DNA of 64,000 nt from Waddliaceae bacterium. Lineage in GTDB: Bacteria; Chlamydiota; Chlamydiia; Chlamydiales; SLFE01. Positions 19,608 to 29,308 of the stretch are shown piece after piece. Made by a program: the position numbers and the translations under genes. The notes under the pieces were generated by a model. That model searched no databases. It had not been told where the DNA came from and worked only from the letters and a program-made list of their open reading frames with translations. Numbering within the stretch: position 1 is the first letter of the stretch; each line of letters opens with the position of its first letter. The stretch spans positions 37,593 to 101,592 of the forward strand of contig CAWAPJ010000029.1 of the NCBI GenBank assembly GCA_963783885.1, in the 5' to 3' direction.

Positions 19608-19820
19608 GTGAATTTGATCAAGTTTATTTCACAAATCGGCAATGTCATTATCATCGGGCTTTCGATTTTTCTCGGAGGTATGATATTCTACCTCTACAGC
19701 GATAATGCGACATTCGGGGAGAAGCTGGCTTATTCGGTGATTTTCGCCGCAGCGATCTTCACTCTCTTCTATACTTTTAAGATAACAGTTATTTGGTTCA
19801 TTAAAGCCTTAAAAAAATAG
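19608..19820 (+). CDS. small two-TM membrane protein (hypothetical)
   Basis: The 70-aa ORF has a GTG start and two hydrophobic helices. No homology is recognised. Confidence 0.3.
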   Translation: MNLIKFISQIGNVIIIGLSIFLGGMIFYLYSDNATFGEKLAYSVIFAAAIFTLFYTFKITVIWFIKALKK

Positions 19821-19882
19821 ATTCAATAATCAAAATCAATTACAATATGGAATTACTAGAATAAATCAATTTTTGAGGGAAA

Positions 19883-21877
19883 ATGGCTCGCCGATTCATT
19901 TTTATATTAATTACTTTTTTTGTTCCTTTTGCGGCATATGGAAAACCTCCGGTTATCAATGCCAAGGAAGCTCATGAGAAACTCGAAGAGATTATGAGCA
20001 CCCACGTTTCGCAAAAGAAGCTGACTCCCGAGATTGTCAAAAGAGCTCTTGTCAATTTTATCGACGAGTTGGATCCCACAAAAACATATTTTATCGAATC
20101 CGACATTCAGAAGTGGATCGACCCTTCCGACAAACTGGTGGCCGAAGTAGAAGATAATGTGAATCACTCCGACTTCTCAAACTTCAACGCCATTTACGAT
20201 GTTATGATCAACGCTATTGAAAGGCGCGACAGGCTCGAAGCAATGATAGACGAGTCTTCGCTTCCTGAAAAAGTCGACGCCAATAAGTTTAAGGATATGG
20301 ATTGGGCAAAATCGGAGCAGGAGCTCTTGACTCGAATCATGGAGGTAAAAGCCCTTCAGCTTCAGGCGGCGCGGAAGTTGACCGACGAGCTTCAGGAAAA
20401 ATCGCTGCAAAGAATCAACAAGCAGAGGCAAAAATACGAGGAAGAAATCCTTAATTACAATCCGACATACCGAAGAGAGCTCATTTTATCGAAAGTTTTA
20501 AAAGCCTTTGCTTCCTCTCTTGACTCCCATACCGCCTACTTCACGCCCGAAGAAGCGCAGCAGTTTTTGATCAATGTACAGCAACGCCTTTTCGGCATAG
20601 GAGCAGCCCTTCGCGATGATATCAATGGTTTCAGGGTCATAAAAATTATCGAAGGGGGCCCGGCGGATCGAGAGGGAGAGTTGAAAGTTGATGATCTGAT
20701 CATTGCTGTAAATGGAGAACCGGTTGTGGGAATGAGCATCACCGATGCCGTCAGCCTGATCAGAGGGGAAGAAAATACACCTGTGACCCTGACAGTTCTT
20801 AGGGACAAGAAAGAAGACGACAAGGTGGTCGATCAGAAAACCCTCGACATTACCGTGATCCGAAATGAAGTGGTTTTAAAAGAGAGCCGTTATGAGGCCA
20901 CCTACGAGCCTTTTGGAAACGGTGTGATCGCCTATCTCAAATTATTTTCCTTTTACCAGGATCCCGAAAGTTCTTCCGCGGCTGATCTGACTCGCGAACT
21001 GGAGAAGATTAAAAAGGATCATAAAGTTCTGGGGGTCGTTTTAGACCTTCGCAATAACTCCGGGGGAATGCTGTCACAGGCTGTGGCGGTGACAGGGTTG
21101 TTCATTACCAAGGGAGTTGTTGTTTCCATTAAAGACGATTCGGGTAAAATCCAGCATCTTCGCGATTTAGACGGCAAAACAATCTGGAATGGTCCGCTTA
21201 TAGTGATGGTCAATCGCGCGAGCGCATCTGCTTCCGAGATCGTGGCGGGAACGCTACAGGATTATGGCCGCGCCATTATTGTTGGAGATGACCACACTTT
21301 TGGAAAAGGGTCGTTTCAAACCTTTACACTGAATGCCTCGGGCCAAGGAGAAGTGAATCCGGAAGGAGAGTACAAAGTAACAAGGGGCCGCTATTATACT
21401 GTATCCGGAAGAAGCCCTCAGCTTGTAGGTGTTAAATCGGATATCGTGGTTCCGGGAATACTTTCGGAATCGGAAGTTGGCGAGCAGTATGCCAAATACC
21501 CTCTTGCCAACGCCAGCATTGAGCCGAGCTTTGATGACGACCTCTCGGATGTTCCCTTCTTTCAAAGGGCTAAAATTACGAATCTGTATAAATTCAACCT
21601 GCAGCCGAAACTTCATGTCTATGACAAGTACATCCCTATTTTGAAGAAGAATTCCGAGGAGCGTATCGCAGGCAACAAAAACTATCAGGCTCTGCTCGAA
21701 GAGGTCAAGAAGAAGGATTTGAATTTTGACGAGGACAAAGAAGCCGGATGGGGAAAGAACGACCTTCAGCTGACCGAGGGAATGAATATCATGAAAGATT
21801 TGATCATGCTTCAAAAGCTGCAGGCAGTCGATAAAGAAGAGAATGAAGCTCAGGAGCCCGCGGCTATTGGAGCGTAG
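19883..21877 (+). CDS. tsp: tail-specific (C-terminal processing) protease, S41 family with PDZ domain
   Basis: The 664-aa ORF has a signal peptide, a PDZ-like block (GIGAALRDD...GGPADREGELKVDDLIIAVNG), and S41 catalytic blocks (DLRNNSGG, ASASASEI, FGKGSFQ). Confidence 0.85.
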   Translation: MARRFIFILITFFVPFAAYGKPPVINAKEAHEKLEEIMSTHVSQKKLTPEIVKRALVNFIDELDPTKTYFIESDIQKWIDPSDKLVAEVEDNVNHSDFSNFNAIYDVMINAIERRDRLEAMIDESSLPEKVDANKFKDMDWAKSEQELLTRIMEVKALQLQAARKLTDELQEKSLQRINKQRQKYEEEILNYNPTYRRELILSKVLKAFASSLDSHTAYFTPEEAQQFLINVQQRLFGIGAALRDDINGFRVIKIIEGGPADREGELKVDDLIIAVNGEPVVGMSITDAVSLIRGEENTPVTLTVLRDKKEDDKVVDQKTLDITVIRNEVVLKESRYEATYEPFGNGVIAYLKLFSFYQDPESSSAADLTRELEKIKKDHKVLGVVLDLRNNSGGMLSQAVAVTGLFITKGVVVSIKDDSGKIQHLRDLDGKTIWNGPLIVMVNRASASASEIVAGTLQDYGRAIIVGDDHTFGKGSFQTFTLNASGQGEVNPEGEYKVTRGRYYTVSGRSPQLVGVKSDIVVPGILSESEVGEQYAKYPLANASIEPSFDDDLSDVPFFQRAKITNLYKFNLQPKLHVYDKYIPILKKNSEERIAGNKNYQALLEEVKKKDLNFDEDKEAGWGKNDLQLTEGMNIMKDLIMLQKLQAVDKEENEAQEPAAIGA

Positions 21878-23243
21878 TTTCGAAAAAGGCGTTCAGATTT
21901 TTTAGAGGGATGGATTTCGCTTTTTCTAACAATTCCTTTTTGGCTTGAGAAGAGCCGATAGTTCCAAGGTGGGAAAAAGCCATAAGCAAAATTAACCGGT
22001 CATATTGGAAAAAATATTTTTTGACATCGTTGACAATGTCATTTAGGTTTGATGAACTGATTTGCGAAGCGTAATGTTTTTTTTGAGTGTTGACTAAGCT
22101 GAGGAAATTGTTCAGCTGGCTGAATGAGACCTCCGCTATTTCATAAAGAATTTCATGTATAAAATCGGTATCGCTCAAATTGTCGAATAATGGACATAGG
22201 AGCTCTTGGTATTTTAGAATGAAATCTTCTCCAATTTTCGCGACGCCTTCGAGAATCTTCGGAATTTGTCTCGTAGGTAGATTGTATTGGTCAGCGAAAG
22301 CCTTTGCTGATTGGTGAAATTTGTCGAATATCTCCACCAGTTCATTGCGTTCGTATTCATGTTTTAGGGCAAACAAATCGAGATAGTCATAAAAGGCATC
22401 TCGATTTTTGGCGTGCCGTAAGACGCATTGGATCACCTTTTTTTGTTGGTATTTCGGCAGACGGGCAACCATATGAAGAAAGTAATCAACCTCTTTCATA
22501 TTACGGTTGCAGAATTTAGGATAGTTTTTCATCGCTTCCGGACAAAAGAGGCCCTTATGTTCATATTGGCTGATAAACCACAGGATATCACCTCTTAGCT
22601 TCTTTTCTTGAGGCTCCAGGCTTTCATAAGTCAAAAGAATTCGTTGCACATCGGTTCCAGACATTGTGTTATCGAGAAGGTTATAAGCGCAATTGACGGC
22701 CATCTCCGGATCGGAAAGGTAATTGACGCATGCCAGAATTTCTGCGATGTCTTTTCCCTTCATGTTTATGTGGGTCAGCCAAAAGACAAGCTTAGCAGTT
22801 TCTTCTCTTTTAGAAGCCGGCAGTTTAGAGACAGCCGCGAGAATCGCTTCGACATCGGCTCCGTTTAGATGCTGCCGAATTAAATATTTGGCTGCCATCA
22901 TAGTGAGTTCTTTTTCTCCGAAACTTTGGTAAAAGAGCGCAGTTATCTTCTTGAGGATGGAATAAAAGTAAGAATCATCGGATAAATTTTTGTAGGCTTT
23001 AATGATTATGTCCAAATCTTTTTGATTCATAGAATTGGTTGTGAGGGGAGTGATACGCCTAGCCGTGAGAAGCAATTGGTTGGAAAGACGGATTTCGCCG
23101 GAAAGGAGAATTCGCAGAGCAATCCTGACAGTCTGAGGGTTCGGGTTGTCAGGCATTATGCTCGTAATCTTGCTAATAACTTCATTCTCTAACGGCTTGT
23201 CAGCAGATGGCAAGCATATATAATCTAAGGTATTCGTATTCAT
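21864..23243 (-). CDS. hypothetical repeat protein, family member 1 (paralog of 30443..32626)
   Basis: The 459-aa ORF has repeated modules (LNGADVEAILAAVSKLPASKREETAKLVFWLTH / MKGKDIAEILACVNYL / MSGTDVQRILLTYESLEPQEKK). Its C-terminal region is colinear with the 727-aa paralog. The DNA is AT-rich. Confidence 0.6.
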   Translation of the reverse strand: MNTNTLDYICLPSADKPLENEVISKITSIMPDNPNPQTVRIALRILLSGEIRLSNQLLLTARRITPLTTNSMNQKDLDIIIKAYKNLSDDSYFYSILKKITALFYQSFGEKELTMMAAKYLIRQHLNGADVEAILAAVSKLPASKREETAKLVFWLTHINMKGKDIAEILACVNYLSDPEMAVNCAYNLLDNTMSGTDVQRILLTYESLEPQEKKLRGDILWFISQYEHKGLFCPEAMKNYPKFCNRNMKEVDYFLHMVARLPKYQQKKVIQCVLRHAKNRDAFYDYLDLFALKHEYERNELVEIFDKFHQSAKAFADQYNLPTRQIPKILEGVAKIGEDFILKYQELLCPLFDNLSDTDFIHEILYEIAEVSFSQLNNFLSLVNTQKKHYASQISSSNLNDIVNDVKKYFFQYDRLILLMAFSHLGTIGSSQAKKELLEKAKSIPLKNLNAFFETTLQ

Positions 23244-23343
23244 TTTTCAAAACTATAGCAGATTAGTTTTTTTTGCGGTAATTGACATTCCTTTTTTTTA
23301 GCAGAGATGCTATACTTTTTCTAAACCAAAGGATTTTTTTATT

Positions 23344-24852
23344 ATGACAGTTCGCGTTCGTATCGCTCCCTCTCCTACGGGCGACCCGCATGTGGGAACA
23401 GCTTTTATGGCCCTTTTTAATCTGATTTTCGCGCGTCATCACGGGGGGCGGTTTATTCTTCGCATTGAAGATACCGACCGGTCGAGGAGCCGGACTGAAT
23501 ATGAAGAAAATATTTACAAATCGCTTCATTGGTGCGGGATCCATTGGGATGAGGGGCCCGATGTCGGCGGCGGCTTTGGCCCCTACAGGCAGTCCGAGAG
23601 GATGGAGATGTACAAAGAGTATGTCGACAGGCTTCTTAAAGAAGACAAAGCCTACAAATGCTACTGCACTGCCGAAGAACTGGCGGAGAGGCGCCTCGTT
23701 CAGGCGAATAGGGGAGGACGGCAGGGATATGACCGCCGCTGCCGCAATTTAAGCGATCAGGAAAGGCGGGCGTTCGAAGAGGTCGAGAGGCGCCCTTATG
23801 TTGTGCGGATGAAGACGCCGCTTACGGGCGAGTGCGTATTTGAAGATGCCATTAAAGGGCGCATCACAACCCCTTGGCCTGATATCGACGACCAGGTCCT
23901 TTTAAAATCCGACGGCTTTCCCACTTATCACCTCGCCAATGTTGTCGACGACCACCTGATGGAAATCACTCATGTGATTCGAGGAGATGAGTGGATCAGT
24001 TCCACCCCCAAGCATATCTTCTTGTATCAGGCCTTTGGATGGGAGGCGCCGGTCTTTATGCACATGCCCCTTTTGCTGGGGATGGACGGCAAAAAGCTCT
24101 CCAAGCGGAAGAATCCGACTTCGATCTTTTTCTATCGGGACTGCGGGTACCTGCCTGAAGCTTTTATGAATTTCATGACTTTGATGGGATACAGCATGCC
24201 CGGGGATCTTGAAATTTATTCCCTCGAAGATATTATTAAAGATTTTGACCCTAAGAGGATTGGGGTTTCAGGGGCGGTTTTCGATGTCAAGAAGCTTGAC
24301 TGGATCAATCAGCAATACCTCATCAAAAACATCCCGGAAGAAGAGCTTTGGGGCCGCATTCGGGATTGGGGCTTTAACGATGATTTTATGCAAAAGCTGA
24401 TGCCTTTGGTTCATTCAAGGATCAAGACATTCGGAGACTTTATCAAACTCTGCGATTTTTTCTTTATCAACGACTTAGACTATACTCCCGAACTTTTTCA
24501 GGTGAAGAATTTGACTCCTCCCCATGCGGCGATGATTCTTCAGGCTATGATCTGGCATCTTGAAGAAAATGAAAACTGGACAAGCGAGGGGATGAACCTC
24601 GCCTCGCGGGATGTCGCCGAAATTTTTAGCGTCAATCATAAAAAAGTCGTCATGCCGCTATTGTTTGCCAGTTTAATGGGCAAAAAACAAGGGCCTCCAC
24701 TCTTTGGTTCAGTTCCCTTGCTGGGAAAGGACCGTACGCGGGCACGCCTTTTAAAGTCGATAGAATTTTTGGGCGGCATCTCCAACAAAAAGCTGAGTGA
24801 ATTAAGAAAGGGATGGGACCATAAAAATTGTTCGAATTTAATTGCAGATTAA
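23344..24852 (+). CDS. gltX: glutamyl-tRNA synthetase
   Basis: Motifs: [15 protein letters not shown] (HIGH-type region), KLSKRK (KMSKS). Length is 502 aa. Confidence 0.9.
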   Translation: MTVRVRIAPSPTGDPHVGTAFMALFNLIFARHHGGRFILRIEDTDRSRSRTEYEENIYKSLHWCGIHWDEGPDVGGGFGPYRQSERMEMYKEYVDRLLKEDKAYKCYCTAEELAERRLVQANRGGRQGYDRRCRNLSDQERRAFEEVERRPYVVRMKTPLTGECVFEDAIKGRITTPWPDIDDQVLLKSDGFPTYHLANVVDDHLMEITHVIRGDEWISSTPKHIFLYQAFGWEAPVFMHMPLLLGMDGKKLSKRKNPTSIFFYRDCGYLPEAFMNFMTLMGYSMPGDLEIYSLEDIIKDFDPKRIGVSGAVFDVKKLDWINQQYLIKNIPEEELWGRIRDWGFNDDFMQKLMPLVHSRIKTFGDFIKLCDFFFINDLDYTPELFQVKNLTPPHAAMILQAMIWHLEENENWTSEGMNLASRDVAEIFSVNHKKVVMPLLFASLMGKKQGPPLFGSVPLLGKDRTRARLLKSIEFLGGISNKKLSELRKGWDHKNCSNLIAD

Positions 24853-24878
24853 TGATTTAATTTTTTATTTATTAGTTA

Positions 24879-25400
24879 ATGATAACAATCCCCAATATTT
24901 TGTCTCTGCTGAGGATTCCCTTGGCTCTGGTCTTCTTTCAACAGAATGTTGTTTTGCGGGCTGTTGTCGTTCTTCTTGCGCTCTGCAGTGATGGGCTCGA
25001 TGGTTATATTGCAAGGCATTATAGGCAGACATCCCGTTTGGGGACGGTTCTCGATCCTTTAACCGATCGTTTTTTCGTGATTGTGGCCGTTTCCGTCTTT
25101 TATACTGAAAACCGGATTCAGGCATGGCAGGTCGCGGCGATGTTTTGCCGGGATTTTTCCATTTTGCTATTCGGGTTTTATTTGTTTCTTAAAGGGTCGC
25201 TCGCAGAGTATTATTTGCGCGCCATCTGGTGCGGTAAAGTGACAACGGTCGTTCAGCTTGCCGTCCTCCTTAGCTTGGTACTGAACCTTTTTGTCCCCAA
25301 TATCGTTTATTATATCCTGATCGCCCTTGGCGCTTTGGCGCTTATCGAACTGGCAATATCCAGCCCTCGCATCAAAGAGGAGGCTTCCCGGTTAAGGTAA
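24879..25400 (+). CDS. pgsA: CDP-alcohol phosphatidyltransferase (phosphatidylglycerophosphate synthase-like)
   Basis: It carries the CDP-OH transferase motif DGLDGYIARHYRQTSRLGTVLDPLTDR within a multi-TM 173-aa protein. Confidence 0.75.
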   Translation: MITIPNILSLLRIPLALVFFQQNVVLRAVVVLLALCSDGLDGYIARHYRQTSRLGTVLDPLTDRFFVIVAVSVFYTENRIQAWQVAAMFCRDFSILLFGFYLFLKGSLAEYYLRAIWCGKVTTVVQLAVLLSLVLNLFVPNIVYYILIALGALALIELAISSPRIKEEASRLR

Positions 25401-25806
25401 AGGGGGTCATCAGGAGGTTGTCTTGGTTCTGCTCAATTTGAAAATTTTCAGGCGTTGTGATCATATTGGGCTTTGTCACATTTTCGCTCAGGTTCGAAAT
25501 TGCCCATAAAGCGGCGATTTTACTGCATTCGTTCCAGTGCTTGACCCACTCATAGGGCTTGCTGCTGATACATGACACCGCATACCCTACAGGAAACATC
25601 AGGCAGCTTGTTGCATATTCGCCAAAGCCCACTCCCGCTAAAAGCGTGAAAGCTCCTTCGCACTTGACGACAGTCCAAACTGGAGGGAATTTTTTATATT
25701 TGTCTCTTTGAGTAATCCAGTTCTCCTCCTGGCCTTGGGGATTTCTCCATATGATTAATTTAGTTTGCAACCAGGCAGATAAGGAATCTGAAAAGTAATG
25801 AATCAT
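25372..25806 (-). CDS. hypothetical protein
   Basis: The ORF track gives 25372..25920. I prefer the internal Met (MIHYFSDSL...) at 25806 because the upstream part overlaps the rsmB 3' end. No family is recognised. Confidence 0.35.
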   Translation of the reverse strand: MIHYFSDSLSAWLQTKLIIWRNPQGQEENWITQRDKYKKFPPVWTVVKCEGAFTLLAGVGFGEYATSCLMFPVGYAVSCISSKPYEWVKHWNECSKIAALWAISNLSENVTKPNMITTPENFQIEQNQDNLLMTPFTLTGKPPL

Positions 25807-25816
25807 AAATGTCTCC

Positions 25817-26998
25817 TTATTTGGATAGAACGCAGGCAAAGCCCCCATCCCAACCATCTTTGTTCGGTAATATGACCTTATGACACAAGCAATTTCCCCA
25901 CAATCTTTCTTCTTTGACAAGGTTTTGATTCTCGCAGGGCAGGATGCTGCACGTCATATAGAAAACTCTGCCATGGGGTGTTAATAAATCGAGGGCATGC
26001 CTTAAGAGCTTTTTTTGAAGCGAGCGGAGTTCTTCGACGGCACAAGAGTTGAGCCTCCAACGGGCTTCAGGCCGTTTGTTGAGCACTCCCGAATTGGTGC
26101 AGGGAGCATCGACAATGATAAGATCATAACGATCATCAGTTGAAAACGTTTCTCCACGGCTGATTGAATAGTCGGCATTGATGCCGTATTTTTCAAAATT
26201 TTCCCGTATTTTATTCATCTTGCCTTCCGAAACATCATTGACAGTGAGTTTTGCCTGGGGATAAAGATCATGGGCAAGCAGGGCCTTTCCCCCGGGAGAG
26301 GCTGCGAGGTCTAAAATGGTCTTGGGAGGTTTTGTCAAAAAATTAGCCATTTTCCCCATGAGAAGAACTGGGGTGATGTTCTGAATATAAATATCCGGAG
26401 ATTCGGAATAGTCTTGAGGGTTTTCGATGGGGAAAACTTTTAAAGGAGAATCGCTGCCCCGCCTTAGGCGGCCCATCGTTTTGCCGGGGGTATTGCCCGC
26501 TTCCAAGGTCGCAATTGTCGTTTGAAGGCCGTATTCTACGAGAAGCTGCTGAACATAAAATTTGGTATAGGAATAACGGATGCTGAGGCTTTCGGCATCA
26601 CTTCCCTGAGGCAGTCTGAACTCTGTATGGGGGATCTTCTTCAGCACGGCGTTTAAAAAGGAGGCAAACCGGACATGGCACTCTTTTTTTGCCAGCTCGA
26701 CGCTCTCGTTGACAATGGCGTGCAGAGGAACTTTGTCCATTTCAAGCGCTTGATAGAGAGCAATATAAAGTAAAGCCCTCTCTTTGCGTTTCAACTTCAG
26801 GGTGTCTGAGAGTTGTTTGGCGTAGTGGTCGAGAGTTTTTTGTTTTCTCATAGCGCCGTTGGCGATTTCTTTTGCGAAACGAAGATCTTTCGAGGAAGGG
26901 GCGTCGGATTGTTGCCAGGTCTCAAGAAATGAGGAGATAAACTGCTTTTCCCTCATAGATCCGAGAAGAGCTTTGTAGGCCGCTTCTCTTGCATTCAT
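25817..26998 (-). CDS. rsmB: 16S rRNA (cytosine-C5) methyltransferase, RsmB/Sun type
   Basis: It has a NusB-like N-terminus, a SAM-binding block (ILDLAASPGGKA), and DAPCTNSGV and TCS motifs. Confidence 0.8.
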   Translation of the reverse strand: MNAREAAYKALLGSMREKQFISSFLETWQQSDAPSSKDLRFAKEIANGAMRKQKTLDHYAKQLSDTLKLKRKERALLYIALYQALEMDKVPLHAIVNESVELAKKECHVRFASFLNAVLKKIPHTEFRLPQGSDAESLSIRYSYTKFYVQQLLVEYGLQTTIATLEAGNTPGKTMGRLRRGSDSPLKVFPIENPQDYSESPDIYIQNITPVLLMGKMANFLTKPPKTILDLAASPGGKALLAHDLYPQAKLTVNDVSEGKMNKIRENFEKYGINADYSISRGETFSTDDRYDLIIVDAPCTNSGVLNKRPEARWRLNSCAVEELRSLQKKLLRHALDLLTPHGRVFYMTCSILPCENQNLVKEERLWGNCLCHKVILPNKDGWDGGFACVLSK

Positions 26999-27882
26999 TT
27001 TTTAGTGATCCATTCTCTGACCACCCATTTTTGAAACCATTCCGACAGCTTGCCAGCCGAATCCTCGATCCATTCTTCATGCTCTTCTTCAAGAACCGCG
27101 CACGCTTCGTCGATAGTCGTACCCTGCTTGAAAAGATTGAGAAGAAATAATTCCGGTTCATCAATTTCTTCCCAGCACATGTTGTGTCTAAAGTTGCGGA
27201 AAAGGCAAAATGTATACCGTTTTTCTTTGTCAAGTTTCGGGAAGTCATGCTCTTCCCAATGTTCGGGCTTCTCTTCTAGCATCTCATCGCGGAACTGAAA
27301 GAGGTGATAATTAAGGGGGAAAAGATAAATATGGGGCTGGAGGACGAGACGTTTATTGAGAAGGGAAGAGAACTCATCCGAATTAGGGAGGTCTTTTTGA
27401 CTCAACGGTGGATTGTGGGGCATTAAAAAGCCGTCATTGTAGGCCAGGTCGATTGCTGCGGCGTCATAGACGAATGACTTGTCGTTGTTATGATAGTTGT
27501 TTTGGATCCAGTCAGGGAGCCGGCTCCCAAGCGGGTTTAGCGACCAGCTATCGGGAGGATGGTCCAGCAGGTAGGGCATTGCGATTGTTTGATTAAAATC
27601 GAAGTAGCCGAACATGCGTGTGACTAGAGGAAAAATATCGTGCAGAATCGACAGCAGGCGCCACCAATATTGCTGGTTGTAGATCTCGATTCTTCTATGG
27701 GATTCCAATGTAGGGCTGGGGGTGATAAACTGCTTGGCCTCTTCTTTCATCGGCTGGCCGGAAGGCGAGAGGGGATTCATGCGGCTGTTTTCATCGATGG
27801 GGCGCGCAATAATATTGCCAAACCACTGCTGGGTCAACTTCAGAGTGTGGGGAACTGTAGAATCAAAGATTACGTCAGACAT
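26995..27882 (-). CDS. DUF2063-family partner protein of the MNIO enzyme (BufC/MbnC-like)
   Basis: The 295-aa ORF has the N-terminal pattern ...RRIEIYNQQYWWRLLSILHDIFPLVTRMFGYFDFNQTIAMPYLLDHPPDSWSLNPLG typical of DUF2063. It overlaps the DUF692 gene by 13 nt. Confidence 0.65.
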   Translation of the reverse strand: MSDVIFDSTVPHTLKLTQQWFGNIIARPIDENSRMNPLSPSGQPMKEEAKQFITPSPTLESHRRIEIYNQQYWWRLLSILHDIFPLVTRMFGYFDFNQTIAMPYLLDHPPDSWSLNPLGSRLPDWIQNNYHNNDKSFVYDAAAIDLAYNDGFLMPHNPPLSQKDLPNSDEFSSLLNKRLVLQPHIYLFPLNYHLFQFRDEMLEEKPEHWEEHDFPKLDKEKRYTFCLFRNFRHNMCWEEIDEPELFLLNLFKQGTTIDEACAVLEEEHEEWIEDSAGKLSEWFQKWVVREWITKK

Positions 27883-28739
27883 TTTTTCAAAGGGGTTTTG
27901 CAGTTTTTTTCGATTGCTTTCTGAAATTTTTTCGCTTTCAGCGCTTCGTCCCAGGTTTCCTGAAAGCTCACAAAGTTATCGTCCCATTCAAGAAGAGTTG
28001 AGACGCCCCCTGTTCTTGGATAAACTTCAGCATAGATGTCCCAAACCTCATTGCGGACGTAATTATCATGGGTATCGAGAACATAGTCTCCGTGATCGGT
28101 GTGTCCGGCGATATGGATCTGGATAACGCGTTCCATCGGGATATTGTTATAATAATCTTTCGGGACAAATCCGTGGTTTCTGCTGGAAACGTAAATATTA
28201 TTGACATCGAGCATCATGTAAATGTCGGCTTTTTCCACGATCGCCGAATAAAATTCCCATTCGGGCATTTCATCATCTTTGAAAGCGACATATGAAGAGA
28301 GATTTTCCAGAGCAAAGGGAAGCTCCAGATAATCCTGAACAATGCGCGCTCTTTCAGCGACATAATTGATCACTTCCCGGGTATAGGGCAGGGGGAGAAG
28401 GTCGTGAAAATGTGCCCCGGCCAGCTTTCCCCAGCAAAGGTGGTCGGATATCCAAGGGGTTTTGGTTTTAAAGGACAGTTTTTTCAGTCTTTTCAGGTAG
28501 TCGAAGTCGAGGGGATCGGGGCTCCCTATGGCTAGGGCGACGCCATGTTGGACCACGGGATACATTTCGAGGATCCTTTCGAGATTTTCGATGGGTTTTC
28601 CTCCGTCGACCATGAAATTTTCGCTGATAATTTCGAACCAGTCAACATCCGGTTTATCCCGGAAGATGTCTTCGTAATGGGGAATACGAAGCCCTAGGCC
28701 GATACCTAGATTGGGAATCATTTTGTTTGTTTTAGCCAT
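27870..28739 (-). CDS. DUF692 / MNIO (multinuclear non-heme iron oxidative) enzyme, BufB/MbnB-like
   Basis: The 289-aa ORF has GIGLGLRIPHYEDI, DWFEIISENFMVDGG, YPVVQHGVALAIGS, WISDHLCW and IHIAGH blocks characteristic of DUF692 TIM-barrel enzymes. Confidence 0.85.
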   Translation of the reverse strand: MAKTNKMIPNLGIGLGLRIPHYEDIFRDKPDVDWFEIISENFMVDGGKPIENLERILEMYPVVQHGVALAIGSPDPLDFDYLKRLKKLSFKTKTPWISDHLCWGKLAGAHFHDLLPLPYTREVINYVAERARIVQDYLELPFALENLSSYVAFKDDEMPEWEFYSAIVEKADIYMMLDVNNIYVSSRNHGFVPKDYYNNIPMERVIQIHIAGHTDHGDYVLDTHDNYVRNEVWDIYAEVYPRTGGVSTLLEWDDNFVSFQETWDEALKAKKFQKAIEKNCKTPLKKCLT

Positions 28740-28777
28740 GTCAAAAGCCTATATTAAAACAGCAATAGGAAAAGAGT

Positions 28778-29218
28778 TCAATCTGTTTGAGTTTTTTCCC
28801 TTTTTTCAGCCATTTTTTTTGCGACGAGTTTGACTGCGAGATTTTTGTCTCCGATCGCGCATTTTGTTGTTCCTTTGCATTCGCCTTTGCCGGCACAATC
28901 ATTGTCTTCGGTTTTGCAGGCATTGAGTCCTTTGCACTCGTTAGCACCATTGCACCGTCTGCTGGCAACTTTCAGGGCCAGTTTTTTCCCTTCCGGCGAG
29001 AGAGACTCATAAAGCTCTCGTCCTTTTCTATTCAGATTGAGGAACAGTTCCTGTTCGCTCATTAAATAATACCCCTCGTTTTCCGAATTGGGATCCTCTT
29101 CATATTCGTCGGCTTTACCGGCCGATGTTTCTTTTTCCTGCCCTTGCAGCGTAGGAGTCATGAATAGTCCCGAGGCTATGCCGATAATGGCCAGCTTTCC
29201 AAGATCTCTTTTTTTCAT
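28778..29218 (-). CDS. Sec-exported 6-Cys RiPP precursor candidate (bufferin BufA2-like)
   Basis: I set the start at the second Met (ATG at 29218), giving the signal peptide MKKRDLGKLAIIGIASGLFMTPTLQG. The core is RRCNGANECKGLNACKTEDNDCAGKGECKGTTKC. It lies 38 nt upstream of the DUF692 gene. Confidence 0.7.
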   Translation of the reverse strand: MKKRDLGKLAIIGIASGLFMTPTLQGQEKETSAGKADEYEEDPNSENEGYYLMSEQELFLNLNRKGRELYESLSPEGKKLALKVASRRCNGANECKGLNACKTEDNDCAGKGECKGTTKCAIGDKNLAVKLVAKKMAEKREKTQTD

Positions 29219-29308
29219 AACACTTCTCCTTGCCAGATAAAATATGCGGCCTTTGAAAGACCGCATATTTTGGGTTAATAGAAAAACTAAATCCTTCCCT
29301 TATGGGGA

